Under the pieces are notes generated by a model that saw only the letters and a list, made by a program, of their open reading frames with translations, did no database searches and was not told where the DNA came from. From the human T2T-CHM13v2.0 reference genome, Homo sapiens: DNA of 64,000 bases. The stretch is from NCBI RefSeq assembly GCF_009914755.1, contig NC_060942.1; one strand, written 5' to 3'. Below, piece after piece: positions 1 through 12,796 of the stretch. The position numbers and the translations under genes were made by a program. How positions within the stretch are numbered: the first letter of the stretch is position 1; the number at the start of each line of letters is the position of its first letter.

Positions 1-1473
1 AGATCAAAAACAAGTTATTTATTTCCAAGATAAAATGGTGGTACAGGCATTAGGTAAACATTCCCATTCCAAAAGACAGACAGCCACCAAAAGAAAGGGA
101 CAATGGGCCTCATACATGTTTGAAGCCCAGCAGGGAAGACATTAAACCATAAAGTTCCAACAAAATCCTTGGCTCCATATCCCATATCCTGGGCACACTG
201 CTGCAAGGGGCAGGCTTCCAAAGCCTTGGGCAACACCACTTCTGTGGCTTTGCTGGGTGCAGCTCATGTGGCTGCTCTCAAGAGTTGACATTTCATGCCT
301 GTGGCTTTTCCATGCTGAGATTGCAAGCCTCTGGTGGCTGTATCATGCTGGGGTCGGGGAATGGGGTTCCATTCCCACAGCTCCATTGGGTACTGCCCCA
401 GTGGAGACTCTGTATGGGGGATCCAACCCCACATTTCCCCTTGGCACTGCACCATTAGAGGCTCTCTATGGGGGCTCTGCCCCGAGGGCAGATTTCTGCA
501 TGGGCACTGAGGCTTTCCCATACATTCTCTGAAATCTAGGTGGAAGCTGCCAAGCCTCCTTCACTCTTGTGTTCTGTGCCCCTAAAGGTTTACACCATGT
601 GGAAGCCACTAAGGATTATGGCTTGTGTCCTCTGAAATGGTGGTCTGAGCTATATCTGGGGCTCTTTGAGCCCTGGCTGGAGCCAGAGTGACCTGAATGC
701 AGGAGAAGCATCCTGAGGCAGTGCATGGCAGTGGCACTCTGGGCCTGGCCCCCAAGACCATTCTTTCCTCCTAGGCCTCTGGGCCTTTGATGGGAGGAGG
801 TGCCTACAAGATCTGTGAAATGCCTTTGAGGCCTTTTTTCCCATTGTCTTGACTATTAGCACTTGGCTCCGTTTCAGTTATGCAAATATCTCTAGCAAAG
901 GTTTGTTCCACAAGACCCTTACATTTCTTGCCTGAAAACATTCCTTTCTTCTTTACCACATGGCTGGTCTGCAAATTTTCCAAATTGTCACACTCTGCTT
1001 TCTTTTAATTATAAGTTCCAACTTTAAGTCATTCCTTTGTTCCCAAATCTGATTGTAGGCTGTTAGGAGTAGCCATGCCATGTCTTGAACACTTCACTGC
1101 TTAGAAACGTCTTTTGTCATGTACCCTAGATTCTCACTCAAGTTCAATCTTCCATAAATTCCCTAGGGCATGAATACAATGCAGCAAAGTTCTTTGCAAC
1201 CACATAACAAGGGTGACCTTTACTCCTAGTCCCAATAATTTCCGTATTTCCATCTGAGACCTCATCAACCTGCCCTTCACTGCCCATATTTCTATCAACA
1301 TTTCATCACAACCACTTAACCAGTCTCTAAAAAGCTCCGAATTTTCACTCAACTTTCTGTCTTCTTCTGAGCCTTCCAAACTCTTTCAACCTCTGCCCAT
1401 TAACCAGTTCCAAAGCCACTTCCTCATTTTCAGATATCTTTATAGCAACACCCCACCCCTAGTACCAATTTTC
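1..1473 (-). mobile_element. ERVL-MaLR internal sequence (MST-int type), continues beyond the window start
   Basis: Minus strand reads LTR then gaaaattggtactag..., as at the start of MaLR internal regions. ORF 1134..1379(-) 'EGSEEDRKLSENSELFRDWL' is a remnant of the degenerate MaLR ORF. Confidence 0.9.
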
Positions 1474-1834
1474 TGTCATAGTCCATTTTGCATTGCTATA
1501 AAGAAATACCAGAAGCTATTTAATTTAAAAAGAGAAGACGTGTATTTGGCTCAGGCTTCTGCAGGCTGTATAAGCATGGCACCAGCATCTGCTTGGCTTC
1601 TGGTGAGGCCTCAGGAAGGTTTTACTCATGGTGGAAGGTGAAGGGGGAGCAGGCGTGTCATATGTCAAGAGAGGGAGCAAGAGAGAACTCACTCATCACT
1701 AAAGGGATAGCACCAACCCATTCACAAGGGACCCACCCCCATGACCCAAACATCTCCCACCAGCCCCCACCTCCAACACTGGGGATCACATTTCAACATG
1801 AGATTTGGAGGGGACAAACATCTAAACCATATCA
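1474..1834 (-). mobile_element. MSTB-like MaLR LTR (5' LTR of the element above)
   Basis: tgtcatagtccattttgcattgctataaagaaatacc...ggggacaaacatctaaaccatatca is the reverse complement of the MST LTR termini and abuts the internal sequence. Confidence 0.88.
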
Positions 1835-2504
1835 CCGGCACACTGACTACAGCCATGTATGGGTGGGGAAAGTCCCTAAGTTAAAAATCATGGTCAGATT
1901 GTCCTGCAAGGGAATAACGTATGATAGTGCTATTTCTCCTTAGCCCGGGATCTGGCCTAATATCGCAGTGGTGGGAAAGGGCTTCCTAGGAATGGTAATA
2001 TATGGAAATAGTAGCAGTAATAATACAATGGTTCTCTACAAATGTTACTATGTGCTACTGTCACTAATATGAGTTCAATAATTGGCATTCTTATGTTCAG
2101 ATGCATCCAATTTGCAAAGCATTTCTAAAAGTCTACTCATGCTTAGTGCCATTTTAAGCTTTGTATACCAAGAGTCACATTGGCCTTATCATGGTGCCTA
2201 TGTATTAAGTGAGGCCAGCACATGTGTAGATACATATGTTCCAGATTTATAAGCCTTGGAATAAAAGTGCAGCCCTGACATGCACCTGGGCCCTATAGCA
2301 TGCAAACACATGTGGACTGTGGGAGAGAGGACACCAGGGAGCAGGCTCTGGGTGGGTTTATGTCCCATACTATACCTCTCATTTGCCTAATTTTATTGGA
2401 GCTTAGTGTATTCTTCCCAAATCTTGCTCATGTATCCTCATGAAACGCTTTTGAGTTTTCATTTTATAGAGGTTAAGCCTTAAGATACAAATGGTCGTAG
2501 ACAC

Positions 2505-2615
2505 TCCTTCATTTCATAAGTACATATTAAGTAGCTACTGTGTTCCAGGCACAGTCCCAGGCAGTAGGGGTGAAAAGATAAAAAGCCACAGCTCCAGTCC
2601 TGCTCATTGTGGAAG
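2505..2615 (-). mobile_element. L2 3'-end fragment
   Basis: ttcatttcataagtacatattaagtagctactgtgttccaggcacagt resembles the reverse-complemented L2 tail. Confidence 0.6.
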
Positions 2616-3333
2616 ACACCAAGCACCCCAGGAACAACTACACTGCATTGTGCATGACTGGTTTGAAATCGTTTCCTAAGAGCCAATTTTGATAACAGAG
2701 ATGAGGGGAAAATACTGGATGACCATGAGCACCTGAGAAAGTGAAGGCTTCAGAGAGGGGAGGAAAGCTGTGGAGAGAAGAGTCTGGAGGCCCTGGAAGA
2801 CACGTGCTGCATAATTTCCCACTTTCTCTTGAGCCAAAAATAGTCTCAATTCGTTGAGCAACCGACTAAGTATATCCAAATCAAAAAGATCAAATTTTTG
2901 CAATAAGCTCTACCAAGTCACATTTATTTTTCTGTCTGATGTACCTGACATCAAATAAACAGTTATTTTAAAAATTGGGTGCATCACAACACTATGACAT
3001 AGCCAACCTTTAAAAAAAAATGAATGATTTATTTAAAAGGTTGAATGTGTCATACGAGCCTCTAAATCAGCAAGTGAAAAATCAGACATTCCCGCAGCTG
3101 GGTAGCCAGCGGAGAACAGACAGAGGAGTGAACATGGTGCAGATTAAATAGGATTTTCCCCCCTAGGAAATTAGGAAACAGTGTGGATATAGGACATTTC
3201 AGGCTGAAATTAAAATTACCAGAGTGTATGTTCTTTGCATTATCTTAAAGAGTACATGTTCAAGCCTTAAACTTTGTTATGGTAAACACTTTGTTTGATA
3301 GTGATAAGCTTTTTGTTTCTTTACGTGTGATAC

Positions 3334-3695
3334 TGTATTAGTTCATCGTCATGCTGCTGATAAAGACATACCCAAGACTGGGTAATTTACAAAGAAAAGG
3401 AGGTTTAATGGCCTCACAGTTCCACGTGGCAGGGGAGGCCTCACAGTCATGGCAGAAGGTGAAAGGCAGGTCTTACATGGCTGCAGGGAAGAGAGAAATG
3501 AGTGCCAAGTGAAAGGGGAAACCTTTTATAAAATCATCAGCTCTTGTGAGACTTAGTCACTACCACGAGAACAGTATGGGGGAACCGCCCCCATGATTCA
3601 ATTACCTCCCACCGGGTCCCTCCCACAACACGTGGGAATTATGGGAGCTACAATTCAAGATAGGATTTGAGTGGGGACACAGCCAAACCATATCA
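3334..3695 (-). mobile_element. THE1 (B/C-like) solo LTR
   Basis: tgtattag...gacacagccaaaccatatca termini; perfect 5-bp TSD GATAC at 3329-3333 and 3696-3700. Confidence 0.95.
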
Positions 3696-3939
3696 GATAC
3701 AATTTAGGTGTGTGCCAAGTCCTGTGTTTAGCTCTCAGAAATCTTGGGATGTTGATAGGCCAACCAGCAAATATGTTTGCTTGTATTCGTTTTCTTTCTG
3801 CAATGAAACGGGGTAAAACTGCAGAACTTGGAGGTCCTGATGAGAGGTTTCTGTCTGTGTTTTGCCGTTCCCGCCTGCTCAACCCGGTGCCTGGAGAGGG
3901 AAAGGCTGTGACCCCGCAGGAAGAGCACTCCTGGGGCCA

Positions 3940-4055
3940 AGGAGACCTAGGGTCGCAGCCCCATCTGCCCATTTTTAGCTTGCGACCTTGAGCAGTCTTC
4001 TAATCTCTTGGGGTCTCCTCTTGTTCATGTACAAAACAAGCGGTTGGAGTCCTAC
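3940..4055 (+). mobile_element. MIR fragment
   Basis: gagacctagggtcgcagcccc...gcgaccttgagcagtc...tcatgtacaaaac resembles the MIR core. Confidence 0.5.
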
Positions 4056-4127
4056 TGCCCCTCAGGGTCCCAGCTGTTTGTAATGTTCAATTACCCGGCC
4101 CGTCTACTGTTGCTAATTGTAGGATCC

Positions 4128-4731
4128 ATGTCCTGCTTGTGTTACTCGGTGTCGAGCACAGCGTGCAGGTGCTCCGTGGAAGCTCCGTGGAAGCTTGCTG
4201 AAATGTCCTGCTTGTGTTTTACTCCGTGGCGAGCACAGCGTGCAGGTGCTCCGTGGAAGCTCCGTGGAAGCTTGCTGAAATGTCCTGCTTGTGTTTTACT
4301 CCGTGGCGAGCACAGCGTGCAGGCGCTCCGTGGAAGCTCCGTGGAAGCTTGCTGAAATGTCCTGCTTGTGTTTTACTCCGTGGCGAGCACAGCGTGCAGG
4401 CGCTCCGTGGAAGCTCCGTGGAAGCTTTGCTGAAATGTCCTGCTTGTGTTTTACTCCGTGGCGAGCACAGCGTGCAGGTGCTCCGTGGAAGCTCAGTGGA
4501 AGCTTGCTGAAATGTCCTGCTTGTGTTTTACTCCGTGGCGAGCACAGCGTGCAGGCGCTCCGTGGAAGCTCCGTGGAAGCTTGCTGAAATGTCCTGCTTG
4601 TGTTTTACTCCGTGGCGAGCACAGCGTGCAGGTGCTCCGTGGAAGCTCCGTGGAAGCTTGCTGAAATGTCCTGCTTGTGTTTTACTCCGTGGCGAGCACA
4701 GCGTGCAGGCGCTCCGTGGAAGCTTGCTGAA
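4128..4731. repeat. 77-bp minisatellite (VNTR), 8 copies
   Basis: Unit atgtcctgcttgtgttttactccgtggcgagcacagcgtgcaggYgctccgtggaagctccgtggaagcttgctgaa starts at 4128, 4203, 4280, 4357, 4435, 4512, 4589 and 4666. The last copy lacks one internal 11-mer. Confidence 0.97.
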
Positions 4732-6689
4732 TGGCGTGGAGCAGAGAGGGGAGCCCCGGGTGAGTCCTGGGCTTCAGGCTAGAAAGGAGGCATGGGAATC
4801 GGTTGCAAATCTGTGCACTGGAGGAGCCAGTGGTTCCTGAGTGAACATGAGACGGGTTTCCGTTCAATTGAGGATGGGATTTGGAAGAGACCTCCGGGGA
4901 AAGATGGTCAGGATGCCTCGGATAAAGGCTGGGGAAGAGAGCTGAGGTTGGGACAGTAGACTTGGGAATCATTCACCTACAGGAGACAGGTGACAGCTTC
5001 CATGCAGAACAGAGGGGCAGCGTGCAGGCTCGAGGGAAACCCACCTTCCAGGGCAGGGTAGGGGAGGAGGAGGGCAGCGAAGCGGGAGGAGCCTGGGCCG
5101 CCTCTCCCTGTGCCAGTTCCCCTGCAGGCCCCTGATGCCCAGGAAAGCCTGGCCAGCACTCACCGCAGGGAGCCTGTCACTCCAGCCGGGCCCTGGGCAC
5201 CCCAGCTGCAAAGAGGAAGATGCCTAGGAGGCTCTGACCCTTCCAGTGATTGGCTCCGGGTTCTGCAAGGTTCTTTTGTTCAACAGAAATGGTTGTAAGA
5301 CAGTGCCTGGGAGGCAGCCTCTAGCCTCCATACCCAGAGGCTCAGAATCCGAAGGAGGTTCAGGGACTGCCCTCGGCTGCCTATCCCCAACTGGGACTCT
5401 AGGACTGGAGCACCCCCAGCCCCTGCCACCTGCCACAGGGGCTGGATGGGCCTGGGAACAAGAGGGGAGCCCGCCTCAGGTGTCAGGAGCCCTGAGGACA
5501 TCCAGCCGCAAAGCCTTCCGAGGCCACCTCTGCCCTCCTGGCATCTGCGTGGCCTTTTCACCCTGTCGGGGTCCTTATAAAAATGTTTTGAAATGAAAAT
5601 AAGAGAACACATCAGGAAGTGTTTTGAAAACAAAAATAGCATTTTCATACAGGATATTATCATAATTCAAGGCTAAGATGTCACAGCTATGAAGTACAAC
5701 CCTATAGTTATGACATAGCCAGGGAATTATTATTGTAGTTAACAGAAAAAATTTCTGTCAGCAATGGGTTATGTAAGCAATGCATTAAGATCATTTCCTG
5801 TGATACTCCCTGCTCTCCTGGCTGAGGCAGGGTGAGGGGACCCGCAGCAGCAGTTACCCCGGTTTTTCCTTTCCAGCCCCTGAGCTTTTGTCTATGGATA
5901 AGTGTGAGCTTAGGCTGCTGAGGCCACACGGCCCAGGGAAAATCATGGAACCTGTCAAATGAAAGACGGGGTTGTCTCTAAGGGAGCAGAGAAAGAACTT
6001 CAGTTTTGGGAAACAGACTCAGCCTCTATGGCTCTGGAAGCAGATTTATTCTGCATTTCTCTTAGACAAATAGTAAAACTACAGACCACAAAATGAAGAA
6101 CTTACAGAAGCTGCCCTGTGATGAGCCCTGCGCTGAGCCCTGCGGGTCTCCTGTTGGGGAGTGGAAGGCTGTGTTTTCTAACACTGTTCTCCCGTGCTGC
6201 CCTCCACGCAAGCCCCAAGGGCGGGTCTTCCAGACTTTGCCCTGGGTACTCCGCTCTCCCGGTGGGCCTGTGGCCTGGAGAGCCTCTGGCCTGGAGAGCC
6301 TGCATCCTTCGAGCTTTCTGGCTGAGCTGCATCAACTTCGTCGAGGGTCCCAGCCGGCCCCCCACCCATTCATTATACCAGGACCCTGGCAATGCCATCC
6401 CCACCCAGTCACCCACAGCCTCCAGTGCTGCTGGGCCACCCATTTGCTAGACCTCCTGTTTCTATGGGTGCTTGGAGCCCACGTGGTGGGTTTGATCTTT
6501 TGCATCAGGAGCGGTCGCATGGCTTCTGCCCTACTGTTGTGTATTCTTTCCGTGATCTGTGACGCGCTCCCAGCTCAAACCCCCTCTGCCACCCGCGTTC
6601 CCCTCTCCAGCCAGATCACAGCATCTTGGTCCCCTGGTGCTCTGCCAGTAATCAGGGGAGTTGCCCAGTGAGGGGATACGATAGGGTGG

Positions 6690-7080
6690 GAGGGGCACAG
6701 CACCTGACTAAGAGGGTCTTAGGCAATAGGGAAAAACTGCTCAGACGCCATGGAGCTGGTACAGCTGTGGGGGTGGCCACTGCTGTTCCCTGCGCCGTCT
6801 GAGTTCCCCGTGACTAGCTTCCTACTTTGTGTCCTTGTGATCATCATCTCAGGCCACACAATGGCTCAGTGGTTCCAGACATCACACTCTCCTGGCAGAT
6901 GGGACACGGAGAAGGGGCAGGTCCTTCAGAGCCCTGTCATTTTATCGGGTAAGGAAATCTTTCAGAACTGGGTCACGTGCCTGGTGCTAGATCAGTCATT
7001 GACAAAGATTACCTCGTTTCAAATAAACTAGCTCTAATTCACTCCTTGGGACTGGAGGAAAGGGCTCACCTAACCTGGTA
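6690..7080 (-). mobile_element. Old ERVL/MaLR LTR fragment (LTR33/MLT1J-like)
   Basis: cacaatggctcagtggttccagacatcacac...gaactgggtcacgtgcctggtgctagatcagtcattgacaa resembles these old LTRs; strongly diverged. Confidence 0.4.
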
Positions 7081-7665
7081 TCAAGACATCTGTGCCCGAT
7101 ACCGGAACGCAGCCAGGATCTGTTAGTAGGCAACGGGGTCCACCATGACCCCGTGTGGACCCCACTGCGTGGACACAGCAGCCGCCCCATTCCTTCCTCC
7201 TTCTCTTCCGACTCTCTCTGTGGCTCCATCTGTCTCTTGTTGACTTATTTGCACAGTCCAGGTTGGCTCTGCCCAGGCCACATCCTAGCCTGGGAGTTGA
7301 TGGGACACCCAGGACAATGAGCTCCCCCAGCCCAGAATTCACAGCTGCACAGAGGGATCCCATATGCATGGGAGGGGGCAGGTGGTTCCATCTGAGTTGG
7401 CCCCCCGGGAACCTCGGGCCTCACCTTTCCCAGCACAAAGCCCTCCCAGCCACTGTCTTCCTTCTCCTTCACGCTGCTCTGTTAACACCAGATGCCAGTC
7501 AGGGGCTCGGTGTGCATGGAGCATGTTCAGCAGTTACTGCCAGAGTTAGCATCCACGTGCTCTCAGATGATTGCCAGACCAGTGAGACAGAAACTCCATT
7601 TCCAACATCTCCTTCACAGTTCGAGGCAGCATGAGGTGGTGGGAAACGCCCTGCACCAGGGACCA

Positions 7666-7728
7666 CCAGCCCAGCAGCCTCACTCCCGCCAGCCCAGCAG
7701 CCTCACTCCCGCCAGCCCAGCACCCTCA
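7666..7728. repeat. 23-bp tandem repeat, ~2.7 copies
   Basis: ccagcccagcagcctcactcccg twice exactly, plus a partial copy. Confidence 0.9.
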
Positions 7729-10700
7729 TTGGCTGAAAACTCCATTTTGCCATCTGCAAAACAAGGGGGAAGAATTAGAATTGCAGGATTCCTTTCAGCT
7801 CCGATATTGCTTCTTCTGGTGAGTCTGCTGCTTGCACATGGCTGGTTCTTAATAAATGTCCAAGGAATGATGGGGATGGGAGGTGGGGGAAGAAGAGGTT
7901 TGGTTTTTGGAGGAGAGGGTAGTAAATTTACTGTAGCCCCGTCACAAGCCAATAAATACGGTCCTTAGAAACATGTCTGGGCCTTGATTATCTCTCTCTG
8001 GAGGGTAGGAGAGATTTCCCGATTCCTATCGTGTGCTATGCATATTTATAGTATTATTTACAAACTCTTCACCACGGAGCATTTCCCTCTCAACTCTTGT
8101 GTCTGAGCCCAGTGAGTCTCGCAGGGCCTCCCTGCCTCCACCGAGGGCCAGGCATTTCCATGTCTTCTCTCTGGCTCCCAGCTCTGCCTCTTTGGTCTGT
8201 CTGCCTGCGTTGTTATGCCCCAGCAGTGTAAAATATTTATTTTATTTGGTTACCTAACGATATTAGAAATGCAGTGTGCATTATTTATCCTCGGCCCTTG
8301 GAGACGGCCTTTGGGGCCTGGTGCCGCTCTGCAGCAATAAGTGTGCACGCAACTCTCTGTGCTGTGCTTATTTTGTTTACTAGAGAATTTAGTACAGGTG
8401 GAGGGGCAGGGAGACTTCACCTTCCTCCTGGGAAGAGTTTTCATCAGGTTGTAAAGACGTAAATTTAAGTGTGCAGCAGGGCCGTGGGGAGCCAGCATTT
8501 CCATTCGAATTGGGATGACTCCACTCAGTCCCCGAAACCTGGGGAACAGCGTCCAAGGTGGCATCAGCAACTCCAAAGGCCAGCCCTGCCGGTTGAGCCT
8601 GCCCATTGTCAACCAGAGGGTGCCTGCAGTTTGGTTCCTATCCTGGCTATGGTGGGTGGAGGCCCGGAAGCCACTATCCCCGACCCCAGCCAGCTCCTCC
8701 CATGGGCCTCCCTCACTTCTCCATCGGTTTGATCCAGAAAAAAATGCTGTGCACACATTGCTGCAATATTGTTTTTTTCTCTCCCCACCCAATATTGAAG
8801 CCTCTTGGCCGATGGAGTCATTGGTTTATGTTCAGGGAGACAGAGAGGAAGTCAGAGGCTGTCTCTGAATTATGTGCCTGGACTTACCGATATGCTTCTG
8901 CGATGCAAACACTCCTGATTTATTCTCTGCAGCTGGAGCCTGACCTTTTACTCTTGTTCTTCTCCCCTGGGGCTCTTGAAGCAGCAAACGTCTTTCCATC
9001 CTGACCTGTGTGCAAGGAGACAGGCCCCTGATCCTAGGCGTTCCGGAAGCTTCCATTTTGCTTGTGATATTGGAGAATCCTGTTGTCTCAAAGCCTTCCA
9101 GCTTTTAGAGGCTCTGGGAAGCCTTCCTCTTCCATATTTCAACCTGGAGAATGTTGCAGAACAAGGCTCCAACGCTTGGTAGTGTTTCTAGAAATAGAAA
9201 CCCGGGGGCAGCTCTGCAGATGGCAGCGTGACCAGTTCCACTAGAGAAGTGGACGTGTGCGCAGTGGATTTGCAGCCCCCAGAGGTGTGCTCCGCGTTCC
9301 CTCCGCTCTGCACTTTATGGCTGTCCAGCTCCCTGAGGCATTGGATGGGGTCTGCTATTTCCTAAGGCGGCATCTTCCTCCTGGACAGTCCCATGAATGC
9401 ATGTAACTCCACACTGGGGCCCAGGAAGGCCGCAGAAGGAGGAAGAGCCAAGCCAGGGGAGGAGGGAGAGGGAGGCTGGGGAGCGCCCCTGGGCCCATCA
9501 CTGGTGAAGGTGCAGGCAAGAGGATGAGCCCCGCAGATCACACAGGAGCCACACCTGGCACTGTTTCTGTGGTGATGGTTGCTTTCTTGTAAAGAGTAGG
9601 ATGGGTTTTCTGCACTCCTGGGGGCTTCACCAGTGAGCCAGCAGATGCTGGCTGGCTGCTTATGGGTGCTGGCCACTCACCTCATCATTCCTGGGCCAAA
9701 TTTCCCAAAGCCAAATGGCTTGGGAATGAGACCATTCGATAAAAAGAATAAAGATTTTGGGTGAAAAATGGATTATTAATTCAAGCTGCACCCTCTGTCC
9801 CAATAATAAATTACCCAGCATTAGGGAAAACAGGCTGCTAAATTAAAACGAATATGGGAAGGTGCTGGGTGCCCGGTCCGGCGTGGGGTACCGCTCCCCC
9901 CTCGCCCCCAGCCGGCTGCTCCCTGGTTGACAGTTTCTGCAAGCCCAAACTGACAGCTCTTCAAAACCTGCCCAAGAAACCCAGCATTAATTAAGTCATT
10001 GCTGGACTGTAATTTCCTTGAGAAGTAAAAAATTCTCACACAAGAAAAGGTTACAGAGACCTTTTCTGTGTCAAAATTACCATGCGGCATGAATATTAAT
10101 GCTCTTAATGAAGACAACCTTTTTTTCATCAAGAAGGTTCTGGAGCAGGTGCCAAACCTGAAGTCTCACTCCGTGGGTTTTATAGTCTCGGGAAATTGGC
10201 ACAGTGCAATTTTTCCATGAAAGCCAACATTCCCGCCACAGCCACGCCCCTCCTGGTCTGTCCCCAACCCCACTGGCCACCTCTTCTCTAAGGTGTTGAG
10301 GACAGGGGACTTGCTTGGAATCAAAGGTGTGATTCAGCCTGTCAGTGGTGCTGGGACAGAGAGGTAGGGACGACCAGTAGCCTGGCTTGTGCCCCCGGGT
10401 TGCACAGGCCATTCCACAAGGCGGGCAGTATCTGCATCCCTGATTGTCCTCAGGACACATTCGGATGCTGCTCCAAGGGAGACAAAGACCAGAGTCGACA
10501 TGATGGCCTCCTCCAAACGCTTCACTGCCCTTGTTGCAGGGACACCCCCCAGCTAGAGGACACTGATGGCCCTGCTGGCCCCAGGGGTCCCCTGAGGGTG
10601 TCACCTGCCTCAGCCCTTGCAGGCGACTGGAAAAGCTGGTAAAGGTGCGGCTGGGCACCTGCTGGGAGGGGCCTTGATGGGGAGGGGTTTGCGGGTCTGG

Positions 10701-11339
10701 GTCGGACCCCAGCAGCTCTTCCTGTTTTTCCTATTCCAGGGGCAGCATCCAGGGAGTTTTCAATGTCACTGCACTTTGATTTTTTTCTCCCGGAAAACTA
10801 AGATGCTCTCTTCCCCTTGCTCAACCCCTTTAGATCTGGGGGGATGTGAAGAGGGGTAATTTGGAGCTTGTGCTTGTCAGTGGAGCATTTCAGTACCTCT
10901 ACTAAGAGAGACTCACAGTGTAAACACTATTATTAATAATAATTCAAGGAAATGTTTGACTGCATCTTTTTTGGTCCTTGTTTGTCACTGCCCCATTTTT
11001 CTGTGCCTTCATTTTATGAAGATACTGAAAACAAAAACAAACACGCTGGTCCCACACCTAAGGGTTGTTTCAGTGCCGATGAGAGGTTTGGGTGATCCCC
11101 CCAGGGCGATGAAATCACAGGTGCCCAGATGAGAAGAGATGATTTATTAAAGCAAACTTAGGAACTAACCATTTACTTAGAAGTTTATTCTGCATTGCGA
11201 ATGCACAGTGTGACGGTTGCAGCCTCCAGGGTGAATCATGTGAGCCTCCGAGCAGCCCCGGGAAGCACCTGCAGACGGGGAGCAGGTGCCCTCGGCAGCA
11301 CAGGTGGAAGCAAGGACCCATGTGCCACTCCCTGCCCCC

Positions 11340-11700
11340 CAAAGTCATGGGATAGATCATCTCTGTAATTGCATCTCCCTTCATTTTTTACCTATTAGTC
11401 ATTTGTGACGTAATAAAAGCTATGGCTAAGCAGTAATAATAAATCTGGCCGCTTCTGTTGAGCCATCTAATACCCTGTGTATATTTAAAAGGTAAGCATG
11501 ATATATAGTTATGAGTGCTGATGTAATAGCTATTAGATTTATAATACAGCCAAGAGGCATTATTTTATTATAAAGAGCAATAGTTTACAATCTTATTATT
11601 GTTTATTACTGACGTCAGTATAGGTCCATAACAAAATCAGGTTGCAACCAGAAATAAAATTCATAAATGTCATCAGTTTTGCCAGGAATTGGCGCCTCTT
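11340..11700. promoter_or_regulatory. Candidate conserved enhancer (AT-rich, motif-dense, repeat-free)
   Basis: Perfect palindrome tactgacgtcagta (11607-11620) containing a CRE; tgacgtaa overlapping gtaataaaa (11406-11418); many TTTAT/TAAT motifs. Confidence 0.4.
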
Positions 11701-12796
11701 TGGACCCATGGCAATTTTGGAGGCAGGTTCACCATCACCCAGGTGCGAAGTCCACGGCCCACCTGCTGACACGGCACCTTTGCACTTTCATTTTGTTATT
11801 GGGGAAACCGAGAATAGCATGTCTCCAAGTCCTGAGAAGATTTTGCAATAGAAGACTTACAAGGAACCAGATGAGAATGAGTGTGGGTGCCTACCACAGG
11901 CAGACAGAGGCCCCGGCCTGCAGCTCTGCTCCTGGGAAATGACCCCAGGGGAGGAAGTGAGCATTGGCAGGAGCGTGGGGTCAGCACTGTGCTGTCTTCC
12001 TTGATTCCAGGTGGCTGAGCCAGGCGAGAGTGCCAAAAGTGAATCCTGTGTCTCTCACGGCTCTACGGGCTGGTTTTCCACCAAACTTTCCCAAAGATGT
12101 TCATTTCTCCTGGAAAAAAGGAAACTTAGAATTGTGACCGTCCAAATCAGGGCATGTCAGAAAAATTAAACCACACCGCCTGGCACACGTCTGTGAGCCC
12201 ATCCACTGGTTTTTATCACTCAGGGGCTCTGCTGTTTAATGTCACCAGTGCAGGCCAGTGGAATTCCAGCCTTATTAGGGAAAGGGTCTGGACTGCTGAG
12301 TTGAACACCACAAGGGGCTGGACCTACCCGGTTGAGGGCCATGCCCAGGGTGGATGGAGGGCGGGAAGTTAGGACTTGAAATGATGATGTGTTAGTTCAG
12401 GGTGAGCCACTCTTGAAAAACAATCATTTTATTTGCAGCAAAGGAACACATATAGTTACTTTCTCAAGATTTCTCATTGTTTCTGAAGCCTGCTAGACAA
12501 TAGTGAAAAAAAATTACATGTATCAAAATATATACTTGAAATCTACAAAGTCCTTCCATGGGGCAGCTGGGTAGAGTCATCCTGAGAGCTGAGCTTCTAG
12601 CTGTTCCCCTGCCTTGTCTGTTTGGGATTTTGCTTGGGATCTTTTAATGCCAACCCAGTGAATCCCAGGAGCGTGAAGATGAGACATGGAGTTGTTTGGT
12701 CAAAGCCACATGTCCTCAGCAAGTTTCTTCTCTGCACCCCGCATCACTTGCAGCAAGAGAAGTTCCTCTGTCATGGGACGCTCGTGCGGTTCTCAT

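Noticed and set aside
371-480. Internal near-duplication (actgcc...gagNctct.tatggggg) in MST-int
   Set aside because: I recall this as part of the MaLR internal consensus, so it is not locus-specific.
15-1379. MaLR internal ORF pieces as a domesticated gene
   Set aside because: Only short, frameshifted remnants are present.
4128-4731. CRISPR-like array or repeat-protein gene (ORFs 4008-4840)
   Set aside because: Units are head-to-tail with no unique spacers, there are no cas genes, and the context is eukaryotic. The 77-bp period is not a multiple of 3, so the ORFs are frame-rotating repeat translations.
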